From Bdellovibrionota bacterium FG-2 (GTDB lineage: Bacteria > Bdellovibrionota > UBA1018): a stretch of 36,561 nucleotides of DNA. Shown here one piece after another: positions 1 through 8,733 of this stretch; position 1 is the first letter of the stretch, and every line of letters starts with the position of its first letter. A program made the translations under genes and the position numbers. The notes under the pieces are model-generated. The model was given only the letters and a program-made list of their open reading frames with translations. It did no database searches and was not told the DNA's origin. Location of the stretch: positions 1 through 36,561 of the forward strand of contig JBBCAV010000114.1 of the NCBI GenBank assembly GCA_051382305.1. Reading direction: 5' to 3'.

Positions 1-211
1 GGGCCGCCACGATGTTGCTGATCGCGAGGCATCCTATGGGAAGGCATGCCCTAAGTGCCTTACCACTTAAGCAAACACGTTCATAGCCGCGCTAAAAAAC
101 GAGAAATCCAGAAAACTAGACGGATTATTCCCGCAAACTGAATATTCCGATCTCATACTGCGATTACGCGTCGCGGCTGTTCTTGCCGGAGCCTTGCTAC
201 AAACACACATC

Positions 212-262
212 GACAATTTATCTGTTGTGGATATTTTCTCCATAAGAGATAATTTATCTGTT
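212..262 (+). promoter_or_regulatory. Promoter/operator of the DUF4258-MqsA-like TA operon
   Basis: AATTTATCTGTT occurs twice (215-226, 251-262). The second copy overlaps the palindrome AGATAA-T-TTATCT (247-259). TTGTGG(225)-17 bp-GATAAT(248) resembles a sigma70 promoter. Confidence 0.5.
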
Positions 263-592
263 ATGATTACCCTCTCCGGCAGACGTCTCTCAAAAGAACA
301 GGTGCGAAAGCTTCTTACTCGCATTCTCCATCAGGGCGGGGATCTGCGATTTACGGAATACTGTGAGAAAAGGATGCTTGAGCGGGGAATTTCCGCTCCG
401 ACGGTCGTAAATGTCCTCGACCGAGGCACCGTCAAGGATGCCGAGGAGTATACCCATGGCGGCTACAGCCAATGGCGCTACAGGGTAGAGACAAACCGAT
501 ACCGGGTGGTTGTGACTTTTGAAGTCGAGAATGCGGCCATCGTGATTAACGCAATTGATTTTGCCCCGCATCTTAAAAAGAAGGGAGATTGA
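263..592 (+). CDS. DUF4258-like (RelE/MqsR-fold) putative toxin
   Basis: 'LRFTEYCEKRMLERGISAPTVVNVLDRG...WRYRVE...RVVVTF' matches the DUF4258 pattern. ATG at 263 chosen; lies directly upstream of a Zn-finger/HTH gene. Confidence 0.7.
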   Translation: MITLSGRRLSKEQVRKLLTRILHQGGDLRFTEYCEKRMLERGISAPTVVNVLDRGTVKDAEEYTHGGYSQWRYRVETNRYRVVVTFEVENAAIVINAIDFAPHLKKKGD

Positions 593-593
593 G

Positions 594-1085
594 ATGTCCA
601 AAAAATGCACCGATTGCGGCCAGGCAGGCCTCGAATCAATGACCCCCACGCTGTACCACTATAAAATGTCGGGACTCGACAATGTTTACCTGAAGGGTGG
701 AGTTGAGGAATACATTTGTCCCAAGTGCGGCAGTCGCTCCACGGCAATCCAGAATCTCATCGGGCTGCATAAAGCCATTGCCATCAGTCTTGCTCTGGCC
801 AAACGCCGACTTTCTGGTAATGAGTTGCGCTTTCTGCGAGAGCAGCTTGGGTTTTCGGCTGAAGAGTTGGCCAGTCTGGTCGAATATAGCGAAGAGTACA
901 TCCGAAAGATCGAATCTGGGTCCACCTCACCCAAAGCGCCTTATGAGATGTTTCTGAGGGTGGCTGTTATGCGCGGAATGAAGGCGCCAGAGTATGACCT
1001 CCGTGAACTCTCGCAAAGAAAGAAGTACAAGCTCGAAGAGCTGCGCTTTATCAACAAGGACCGCGATTGGAAGATCGCGGCTTGA
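594..1085 (+). CDS. MqsA-type antitoxin (YgiT-type Zn finger + XRE HTH)
   Basis: CTDC...CPKC zinc ribbon, 'SGLDNVYL', then HTH 'ELRFLREQLGFSAEELASLV...IRKIESG'. SD-like AAGGGAG before ATG 594. Confidence 0.8.
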   Translation: MSKKCTDCGQAGLESMTPTLYHYKMSGLDNVYLKGGVEEYICPKCGSRSTAIQNLIGLHKAIAISLALAKRRLSGNELRFLREQLGFSAEELASLVEYSEEYIRKIESGSTSPKAPYEMFLRVAVMRGMKAPEYDLRELSQRKKYKLEELRFINKDRDWKIAA

Positions 1086-1343
1086 GTGGCTGTAGAGCCG
1101 AAGAGCCCACCAGAGACTCCTTGCCGTAGTTATCCGCCGATTTCCGTAGTTGCCGATCACTACAGCCCGACTCCCAACAACACCGCCAACTACAAACCCT
1201 TACAAGTGCCGTGATTTCCAAACATTTCGCGGGTGTTTTCGCGAGTGGCCCAAGGCAACTTCTTCTACGCTATGTTTTTGATTTTGTTTTGATTTACTTC
1301 GATAACCGAGATTTCTGGCACCATCGCCAAAAACCTGTTTTTC

Positions 1344-1361
1344 AATGGCGGAGAGAGTGAG
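1344..1361. repeat. att core copy 1 (tRNA-Ser 3' end duplication)
   Basis: AATGGCGGAGAGAGTGAG, identical to 25262-25279 and 35596-35613. Confidence 0.95.
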
Positions 1362-1478
1362 TCCCCGTTTTTAGTTTCTCTAAGTGATTACTATATCGTT
1401 AGTTTTTTGAAAACACTAAAAAATTGCGACAACCCAAGCGGCACCCAGCGGAACCGAAGGGAGCCGATAATGCCTGGG

Positions 1479-1498
1479 CTGGCCCCTGCAGGGGCCGG
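1479..1498. repeat. Putative integrase arm-type sites of island B (inverted pair)
   Basis: CTGGCCCCTG/CAGGGGCCGG, containing a perfect 16-bp palindrome (1481-1496). The same motif occurs at 25193-25214. Confidence 0.6.
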
Positions 1499-1518
1499 AT
1501 TTCGCTGGCAGTACCGCT

Positions 1519-2205
1519 TTAGTTCCCAGTTCCAATACGCAAACCAAAGATCCGCGCGACTTGTGTTAGAGCCGGACACTCCTTCGAAATCTCCTCAGTC
1601 TCGAATGTCTCAATTATAAATTCGGAGTCAGTGACGTCAGCTGAATTGAGTGAAACGAATCCGGCGAAACAACGAAAAGGGGCGCCAAGCCTTGAGCCGT
1701 AGCATATTCCAGAAAACTGCTCATTGTAGATATGTGCTGCGACAGATTGGGTAAAGCGTCGTCCTGACGGCCCGCTCGAGGTAAGCGCCGATTGATCAAT
1801 GTCCTGATATCCGCATTCCTGCGCCTTCTCCGCAAGTATGGGGTCCGCTCGCAGCACGGCAATAGTTTCGACATGAGTGATATCGACAATCACGGCTTGA
1901 GGCCGAATAATTGCCTTTCCGATTTTTCGACTCTCCAACCATCCCAGCGGAATCGAGCCAGCAAGGGGAGCTTGGTTATCGTCCGACGGGATTGCACCAA
2001 CAGCTGCAATTACCTCCAAATCAGGACGAAACGGTGCGAGGACTTCAGCAAGCGCTGCTTCCGGTGATTCCCCGGTGTAGAGGGTCATCACTGGGTTTTC
2101 TGAATCACTAATATCAAAGCGATTGCCCATCCGAGGCGGACTAATTCGCCAGGGATTGCTTCTAGCAACTCGGTAAATGAAGTCGGGATGAGTGGCAACT
2201 TTCAA
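1519..2205 (-). CDS. RES-domain toxin (MbcT/ParT-like)
   Basis: 'IYRVAR', 'GNRFD', 'LYTGESPEAALAEVL' and 'GICYGSR' supply the R, E and S motifs. Downstream of an Xre/MbcA-like gene. Confidence 0.85.
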   Translation of the reverse strand: MKVATHPDFIYRVARSNPWRISPPRMGNRFDISDSENPVMTLYTGESPEAALAEVLAPFRPDLEVIAAVGAIPSDDNQAPLAGSIPLGWLESRKIGKAIIRPQAVIVDITHVETIAVLRADPILAEKAQECGYQDIDQSALTSSGPSGRRFTQSVAAHIYNEQFSGICYGSRLGAPFRCFAGFVSLNSADVTDSEFIIETFETEEISKECPALTQVARIFGLRIGTGN

Positions 2206-2207
2206 AT

Positions 2208-2612
2208 CTACTCCCCCGTCGCAAGGAACTTATTCGCGGCATCTCTAACTCGAATAAAATTTTTATTAAAATCCTGATGAAGTAGTTTCGCCGGGGATTG
2301 GTCGGCTAACTCTGGGTTTCTACCCATGAACCAGACTTGCACCGTATCACGGTCCTCTTTCGTCAGCATCGGGGACACAAGACTAAAGAGATGCCGAAGT
2401 TTCATCTGAGTACCGGGATGAGGCTTTCGTTCGCCTCGCGCATAACGACCTATATCGCGTCCATCAGACAAGTCGACGAGATAAGCCGTTAGCTTCTGGG
2501 TAAGTACCGACTGAAGCTGCTCGGCGATCGTTTCCAATCGACTTCGGGCAACATCAAAAGTGAGATCCTGAGCTTCGCTTTGGGCGACGGCATGACGTGC
2601 GTGAGCAGGCAT
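2208..2612 (-). CDS. Xre/MbcA/ParS-type antitoxin
   Basis: HTH-like 'QKLTAYLV...IGRYARGERKP' and C-terminal 'VQVWFMGRNPELADQSPAKLL' (DUF2384-like). GGAGG SD before ATG 2612. Confidence 0.8.
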   Translation of the reverse strand: MPAHARHAVAQSEAQDLTFDVARSRLETIAEQLQSVLTQKLTAYLVDLSDGRDIGRYARGERKPHPGTQMKLRHLFSLVSPMLTKEDRDTVQVWFMGRNPELADQSPAKLLHQDFNKNFIRVRDAANKFLATGE

Positions 2613-2641
2613 AAAAAGCAGCCCTCCTGTATTGATCATAT

Positions 2642-2676
2642 CAAAACACCACCCAAAACACCACACTAAAAGCCAC
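2642..2676. promoter_or_regulatory. Direct repeats upstream of the antitoxin (possible operator)
   Basis: CAAAACACCAC at 2642 and 2654, plus degenerate TAAAAGCCAC at 2667. Confidence 0.4.
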
Positions 2677-2791
2677 TCACGAAATAATGATGGGGAGAGC
2701 TTAAATAAGCTCTTTCTTTCAAGGCGTTAGACATCTATCTGCCGACAAAAATGCCGGACAAAAGGCCTATAAACACTCCGTGGATTATTGA

Positions 2792-3664
2792 CTAAAACAC
2801 AAACCGTTTCTCATCCCCTTCGTGCCAACCCAAGTAATTCGAACATAACCCCCGCCACAAGAAAAATGGAGCGCTTGCGGGAAGTTTTCTCAGAAGAAGT
2901 AGAGAAGGCGTGGGCCAGTGATCAACCTGTCCAGCCACTACTGCTTGATCAGCCAATCTCTGATTGCGCCCAAAAAAGGCGATACGGCCACTAACAAGAT
3001 CACTCTTGGGAGGGACGTTCTCTTGTCCCTCAAAAATCACCCGATGCCTCCACGCCTCTATAAGTGCATGCTGCCAAGGATCTTCTTCTACTGGGCAAAC
3101 CCGCGAGCCCGGGAAAACTCCTTGCTGTGAGTAAGCCAAAGCCACACACATTTGAAGTTCGATTTTCTTATATCCAGGAATATCTATAGAGAAAATCCGC
3201 CTAAACCCGCGCACTTTTTCAAATTGCTCGAAGAAAAATCGGCCGAGATTCGAAAAAACTTCTTGGGCCATAGAAATCTCAGGCATACGGTAATGCTCAT
3301 CGATCCACTTTGACCAGGCCCATCGCTCAACCGCTTCCGAAACTGCACGCAGCATCGTTCGCTCATCATCAAATCCCGCAGCGAACCCACAAGCTGATGG
3401 GAAGGCATCCAACTGAAACTTCGTCGCATCCGGAGAAGACCTCAGTGCACGAAAAAGTGCTCGCTCTGCCGTTTCTGCAATTGCGATTCGAAGGGACACT
3501 TCTCGTTCACTGCCAAGCCCGCTGCCCAGCGCTTCGCCATCAAGAGAAAGAGCGGTTGAATGCCAGCCAAGCAGTTTCCCATTTTTGTCTCTGATCTCAG
3601 CGTCTTCAAAAGAGGAAAGTCTCGGCTCGATCAACTTCAGTTGATCAAAATGAAGCTGGCTCAT
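2792..3664 (-). CDS. Compact YcaO-like protein (ATP-dependent peptide backbone modifier)
   Basis: YcaO ATP/Mg-binding pattern in the expected order: 'GSG...SLRIAIAETAER', 'SACGFAAG', 'RAVSEAVERWA', later 'ALIEAW'. Only 290 aa. Overlaps the upstream gene by 4 nt (ATGA). Confidence 0.75.
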   Translation of the reverse strand: MSQLHFDQLKLIEPRLSSFEDAEIRDKNGKLLGWHSTALSLDGEALGSGLGSEREVSLRIAIAETAERALFRALRSSPDATKFQLDAFPSACGFAAGFDDERTMLRAVSEAVERWAWSKWIDEHYRMPEISMAQEVFSNLGRFFFEQFEKVRGFRRIFSIDIPGYKKIELQMCVALAYSQQGVFPGSRVCPVEEDPWQHALIEAWRHRVIFEGQENVPPKSDLVSGRIAFFGRNQRLADQAVVAGQVDHWPTPSLLLLRKLPASAPFFLWRGLCSNYLGWHEGDEKRFVF

Positions 3665-5235
3665 TTGAGTCCGATTTTCTCAATCCGCGGAACGACAAGA
3701 TTTGATGAGATTGATTCAAGCTCAATGTCTTCGCTAAAAAGCCAGGATAGTCCCGAATGATACATCGGAATAACCGCACAGTCTTCCTCAATGATCGAAT
3801 TGAATCGATCAAGATACTCGGAGTCAGAAAGTTTTCCAGGATCTTTTTCAAACTCATTAGCAAGCTCACAGATCCGCCCAGAAGGATCAGGAAAACTAAT
3901 TCCTAGCTTTGAGCAAAACATCATTTTTATAACCCAGTTTTCAGCGTTGCCCCCAATATCCACCCTCGCAAGTCGAATATCGAACTCTCGATTTGAGCTT
4001 TCCCGCTCCAAGTAGCTCTTATCCGTTCTATCGAGACTAACAAATCGATGTGGAATTGAATTTTTGCTAAAAACCTCTAACATAAGGTCACGAACATAAG
4101 CTGTGTCTGCACTAGGCTTGTCTGGAACACCCGTGATTAGCAGTTCGGTCTTCGACGAAAGTGCGTTCCCAGAATCGGCATACTCTTTTCTTGCAACAGA
4201 CGTGTTGAGGTAGAAACTTTCTCCGAATACCGATGAGGATTTTGTACTTGGGACTTTTGACTGCGCCGCCCTCAAAAGGTTTCTAAAGGTACGCCTGTTT
4301 TCAACTTCCTTAAAAAGTGATTCCTTGTATGGAGAAAGTACGATTGCGCTAAGGTTAATTGGCATTCCATGGACAACATGGAACCCTGATAGATTCTTTG
4401 ATTCGTCGACGTTGCGTAACAACACGATGGTGTGCTGTGAACTTAAATTCTTTGCCTTTTCCCAGGGGAGCGTTTGGTAAGAAATTCGCGAAGGCGCTTT
4501 TGGATTTCCAGCGATCCAGTTTTGTCGTTTTTCCAAAACCGCATTTCCAGCTTCATCAACACTAGAAAGACGATAAGGCCCCGACGAAATTATCTTGCTC
4601 CGATCCTTCCACTGCCATGTCTTCGAGGTGAGGTCAAAATTGGAGTCACAATGATAGCCAAACTGAGGCATTGCGAGGAACTCCAAAAGACCTTGAGGCC
4701 GGGTTTCAAAGCTGAGCTTAATTTCAAGGGCAGAAGGCGACAGGATTCCACTCAGATTATCTGCCGGGCCAGAAGCAAAATCCTTCCATCCTCTTAGCTG
4801 ATTAAAAACAGGAACGTCATGTGTTAGAAGGTTTCTCTTGAGAGTGCGCTTCATACTTCTCGCAATTGCAAAAGAATCAATGACCGAGCCGTCCTCACAT
4901 TTTAGACCAGATCGAAGTACGAAGCTCCACTCTTTTCCGTCTTCGCTAACACTCCATTTTTCGGCTAAGTAGGGCTCCGATTGTCCCGTATTCCCATGAA
5001 CTTCTTTGACTAAGTTTCCGACAAGCTGTTCCATTACAACAGCACTGGAAATGTGATCGGATTCAATAGGATCAAAAGATCGAAAGGCAGGATCTCCTAC
5101 TATTACGAATTGAAGTTGCACAGGGGTCTCAAGGGCCTGTCGCCCAGTTTGGTGCAATCTTTGAAATCCTAGATAGAGGCACGGTAATAGTATGATGATC
5201 AAAAGTAGAAATATCGACTTTGGTGTTTTCTTCAT
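3661..5235 (-). CDS. Family 5 (OppA/DppA-like) peptide-binding protein with N-terminal membrane anchor
   Basis: 'SFDPI', 'PYLAEKWSVSEDGKEWSFVLRSGLKCEDGS', 'SSGPYRL', 'VIPMYH'; hydrophobic N-terminus. Confidence 0.9.
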   Translation of the reverse strand: MKKTPKSIFLLLIIILLPCLYLGFQRLHQTGRQALETPVQLQFVIVGDPAFRSFDPIESDHISSAVVMEQLVGNLVKEVHGNTGQSEPYLAEKWSVSEDGKEWSFVLRSGLKCEDGSVIDSFAIARSMKRTLKRNLLTHDVPVFNQLRGWKDFASGPADNLSGILSPSALEIKLSFETRPQGLLEFLAMPQFGYHCDSNFDLTSKTWQWKDRSKIISSGPYRLSSVDEAGNAVLEKRQNWIAGNPKAPSRISYQTLPWEKAKNLSSQHTIVLLRNVDESKNLSGFHVVHGMPINLSAIVLSPYKESLFKEVENRRTFRNLLRAAQSKVPSTKSSSVFGESFYLNTSVARKEYADSGNALSSKTELLITGVPDKPSADTAYVRDLMLEVFSKNSIPHRFVSLDRTDKSYLERESSNREFDIRLARVDIGGNAENWVIKMMFCSKLGISFPDPSGRICELANEFEKDPGKLSDSEYLDRFNSIIEEDCAVIPMYHSGLSWLFSEDIELESISSNLVVPRIEKIGLK

Positions 5236-5467
5236 GGAATTTTATGACAAAGTTTTCATTGGCGTCCGGCGCTCTCAAATGTTCCACCTGTTTTGCGATT
5301 GCCGAATAATCCAACAAATACTCTTCGGCATTCTCGGGTGATACGCTAATTTCCGCTCCAATCGGCGTAGAGTCATTTTTTTCTCTCTCCGATGGCGCGT
5401 TCATATCCGCAAGTGCTGACGAAGCAATCGTACCGACAAAAAACACGGAAACCAATTTCTTTAACAT
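5129..5467 (-). CDS. Small secreted protein (candidate precursor/ligand)
   Basis: Sec signal 'MLKKLVSVFFVGTIASSALA|D' and an AGGGGG SD. First gene of the binding protein-YcaO run; overlaps the next ORF by 107 nt. Confidence 0.7.
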   Translation of the reverse strand: MLKKLVSVFFVGTIASSALADMNAPSEREKNDSTPIGAEISVSPENAEEYLLDYSAIAKQVEHLRAPDANENFVIKFHEENTKVDISTFDHHTITVPLSRISKIAPNWATGP

Positions 5468-5582
5468 GATGTAACCCCCTATTTATCGATCCAGACCCCA
5501 CATAACACAGCGCACAAACAGATTCAAGTCTTGCGGCCAGAATAATGTTGGCAATTAAGCGAATGCCCATGATCCTTAATTT

Positions 5583-7199
5583 ATGGCGGCACGAGGACGA
5601 CAAGGTTTTCTTCATGTTATTCTAGGTTTACTTTCTCTTTTAGGGGTCCAGGTCCTTTTTTACGTGGTTCAAGTAAACCAAGCGCAATCCACCCTTAAAG
5701 GGGTGGAAAGCATTCTTCGTAAGGAATCTGTTTTGGTTAACCCCTATCTCGTTGGCCGCGCTATGGCTGACCTCGAGAACCTTGGTCTATTGAAGTGCAC
5801 CCTAATCCAGCAGTCCGGGGGTGCTAAAATTGTTTTTCATGACGATCGATTTAAGAGTGCGTGCGGTCAATCCCCACTGTTCTTAGCCTCGTATCCTATT
5901 GTGGCTCGACTCCCATCGGGCAAGGGCGAAACATGGGAAGTTCGATTTGAGTCTCTCAATGCAAAGTGGTTTCACTTGAACTTGTGGGTTGCGAGAATGT
6001 TTGCAGTTTTACTCACGTCTTTTGGCCTCTTGTGGCATTTTGGTGAACTTAAGAAGAAATTACAGATTCAAGAACTGAAAGCTAGTCACGGTCAGATGAT
6101 GGGTAAACTCGCGACACAAGTTTCTCACGACATTCGATCACCTCTGGCGACCTTGATTTCAATCGCCCACAACAGCCCTGGCCTTGATGAAACTGTTAGG
6201 GTCCAACTTCGAAATACGGCTAGCCGAATTCGAGACATAGCAAATCAACTTTTAGACAAGAACCGTGAAGATAAACCTTCCTTCCAAGTTTCTGAGAACA
6301 ACCCCTCTGGTGAGGCCATCACGTCTCAAACCGTTTCCTCCGAGGAACGCTCCACACAACTTCTTTCCGCCATCATCGAATCAGTCGTTTCACAAAAACG
6401 GCTCCAGTACACAGACCAAACAGGCGTACTCATTGAATCAAATGTCCACGATGGCTATGGAATCTTCGTAACCCTTCAGCTCACTGAATTCTCGCGAGTG
6501 ATTTCAAACCTGATCAACAATGCGGTTGAGGCCTTAGATCAAAAAGGGAACGTGGAAATCTCATTACGAGAACTACAAGGCAGGGCCGTAATAGAGGTTC
6601 GTGATAATGGAAAGGGAATTCCTCCGGCTCTTTTAGCCAAAATCGGCAGCCAAGGTGAGACTCACGGAAAGGTTGGAGGTTCTGGATTGGGCGTCTATCA
6701 CGCAAAGAAAACGATTGAAGCTTGGGGCGGGACTCTCGAAATCCAGTCCGATGTGGGCAAGGGTACAATGATCAGCTTGAGACTACCCCTGGCTCACGCG
6801 CCAGCATGGTTCGTAGATAGAATTTCACTCACGGGTGTCTCTACGGTCATCGTCCTGGATGATGACCCAGGCATTCATCAGATTTGGGAGACACGGCTAA
6901 AAGATTCACCGGTTAAAATCCTACATTTCTATTCCTCTCAAGAAATCCTAAAATGGTTCCGGAAAAGCCTTGGCGGGGGCGAGTCGGGCGATACGCCTTT
7001 CTATTTTTGCGATTATGAACTTATTGGATCAAAAGAGACCGGGCTAGATATGATCGAAATGTTTGGCATCGCAGCGCAAAGCATCTTAGTAACGAGTCGC
7101 TTCGACGAGCCAGCGATTCAAGAACGATGTATCCGCTTTGGCGTTCGCTTACTACCAAAGGATTTAGCGTATCGAGTTCCGATTACAAGTTCAGGGTAG
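5583..7199 (+). CDS. Hybrid sensor histidine kinase (2 TM, HisKA, HATPase, C-terminal receiver-like domain)
   Basis: H-box 'QVSHDIRSPL', N-box 'NLINNAVEA', 'DNGKGI', 'GSGLG'; receiver 'VIVLDDD...FCDYEL...LVTS...LLPK'. Confidence 0.92.
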   Translation: MAARGRQGFLHVILGLLSLLGVQVLFYVVQVNQAQSTLKGVESILRKESVLVNPYLVGRAMADLENLGLLKCTLIQQSGGAKIVFHDDRFKSACGQSPLFLASYPIVARLPSGKGETWEVRFESLNAKWFHLNLWVARMFAVLLTSFGLLWHFGELKKKLQIQELKASHGQMMGKLATQVSHDIRSPLATLISIAHNSPGLDETVRVQLRNTASRIRDIANQLLDKNREDKPSFQVSENNPSGEAITSQTVSSEERSTQLLSAIIESVVSQKRLQYTDQTGVLIESNVHDGYGIFVTLQLTEFSRVISNLINNAVEALDQKGNVEISLRELQGRAVIEVRDNGKGIPPALLAKIGSQGETHGKVGGSGLGVYHAKKTIEAWGGTLEIQSDVGKGTMISLRLPLAHAPAWFVDRISLTGVSTVIVLDDDPGIHQIWETRLKDSPVKILHFYSSQEILKWFRKSLGGGESGDTPFYFCDYELIGSKETGLDMIEMFGIAAQSILVTSRFDEPAIQERCIRFGVRLLPKDLAYRVPITSSG

Positions 7200-7279
7200 T
7201 TCAAACCTCAACCACCCTTCGATATCGGTTGGTATCCTATAAAATTAGCCCTTTGGCCACTCCAACGAAGCGAATACTG

Positions 7280-7705
7280 TTAGAATAGGAAGTCTTCTGC
7301 ATCTTTCTTCCTGTCTATTTCAGAGGCTATGATTTCAAGAAGTTTAATGGGGTGAGTTACCAATTCATCACTAAATTTAACGACGAAAAGGTGGGAACCA
7401 TTGGCAAGATCATCTCCCAGGGTAAGTTCTGAGTTAAGCCAAACATGGTAGCGGAAGTGAGGGAAGCGCTTTCCGCGTAGGTCTGCTACAGGCACCGGAG
7501 AGATGACTTTAACTGGTCTTTTCCCATATCGATCGTGAATCGACCTCAGTGCCTCAGGAATAATGTGGGCATTGTACTCTTCGACGTCACCCTCTAGAAA
7601 ACCACCATAGGTTTGAGTGATCGAAAGATCCGACATTTGAACATCGGCCCCCAGGCCCTTAAGTGTGACCTGTGCAAGTGGAGGGACATTGAAAAGGTTC
7701 GTCAT
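7280..7705 (-). CDS. Hypothetical protein
   Basis: 141-aa ORF with a purine-rich SD and globular composition; no function recognised. Confidence 0.65.
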   Translation of the reverse strand: MTNLFNVPPLAQVTLKGLGADVQMSDLSITQTYGGFLEGDVEEYNAHIIPEALRSIHDRYGKRPVKVISPVPVADLRGKRFPHFRYHVWLNSELTLGDDLANGSHLFVVKFSDELVTHPIKLLEIIASEIDRKKDAEDFLF

Positions 7706-7844
7706 ATTGATTTCTCTTCCAAGTTCATGATTTTATACAGGAAGGGACAGGACGTAACTCAGAAGTTGAACCTAGGGCGGGCGATAGGACCTGGGCTGGC
7801 CCAGGGGCTGTGACGGATCAATTTTTATCCCTAGCGCTAATATC

Positions 7845-8627
7845 CTAGTCAGTCGTAAGCGATGCATTACAGCTTGAGCATCTCTTTTCCCTTTGGGCAC
7901 GCCGAGCCTTTTCCTCCTGAAGTCTCTCAATATAGGGATGCCTGGCAAACTCGGGTTCACCACTGAACACGTAGTTTTCATCGGGTTCCCATTGTGGAAA
8001 ATCTTTGACGCGAAAAAAGGTAGGCATATCTTGTTGAAACCCTTCATTCGAAAAACGAAGATAATGATCGAATCCTAATCCGTATTGAGCAACCAGAAGC
8101 ACATAGACGGCACCAACCGCCTCAATTAGATTGCCCAATGTCGCCCGACAAAAATTATCCAGCCGACTGTGTTTGGCCAGATTATAGGCTTTGTACCAGT
8201 TAGGGCTTCGCAAATTGGCCTCAATGTTTGAAAAAGTTTTAAATGGACGAAACGGCGGGAATGCGAAGCCATAGGAGAGGACTTCATATTCCGAAAGTTT
8301 AGCTATTCGCTCCAGTTCACTGTAAAGAACAATATTTCCTTCTCTCTTATTAAATACGTAGCCATTCGACTGCATCACAAACTTACAGTGAGATTCAACT
8401 TCAGTGCACGCCCGAATAAGAAGTTCAAACGTTCTATGGGAGTAGGTATTGAGATTCACTTCACTTGGTTCGATATAAGTGAAAATTTCCCTCAAATCTG
8501 ACTTCAGTAATTCATAGCTCGAAAGATAGTGAATACCCTGTGGTCTTTTTTTTAAGTTTTCAAAGACTCGAACAACGTCAGCTGGGCCGTGGCGATATAG
8601 TTGATAGTATGGTTTAGTTAGCGACAT
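7845..8627 (-). CDS. Hypothetical protein, possibly HEPN-like
   Basis: Helical protein with 'ELLIRACTEVES' and 'WYKAYNLAKHSR', reminiscent of the HEPN E...N-x3-H pattern. Family not confirmed. Confidence 0.6.
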   Translation of the reverse strand: MSLTKPYYQLYRHGPADVVRVFENLKKRPQGIHYLSSYELLKSDLREIFTYIEPSEVNLNTYSHRTFELLIRACTEVESHCKFVMQSNGYVFNKREGNIVLYSELERIAKLSEYEVLSYGFAFPPFRPFKTFSNIEANLRSPNWYKAYNLAKHSRLDNFCRATLGNLIEAVGAVYVLLVAQYGLGFDHYLRFSNEGFQQDMPTFFRVKDFPQWEPDENYVFSGEPEFARHPYIERLQEEKARRAQREKRCSSCNASLTTD

Positions 8628-8733
8628 ATTTTAGGAAGATCTCCTTCTCTCCGATAACACTCTCAACGCCAATATCCCACCCGAATAGCAAACGGAATAG
8701 TCCCTTTCTTGACCTGCAATCCTGCATCAAAAT

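Larger units (their letters stand above)
1..1361. mobile_element. Right (tRNA-proximal) end of a third tandem island (C), truncated by the window
   Basis: Bounded by the att core at 1344-1361. Its flank (about 1175-1343) resembles the island A arm at about 35437-35595. Carries a TA pair. Confidence 0.65.

Noticed and set aside
2696-2719. AGAGCTTA-AA-TAAGCTCT as terminator of the YcaO operon
   Set aside because: The T-rich tail is on the plus strand, opposite to the flanking genes; could be an operator but cannot be assigned.
5520-5545. sigma54 promoter upstream of the small secreted protein
   Set aside because: TGGC...TTGA lacks the GG-N10-GC spacing.
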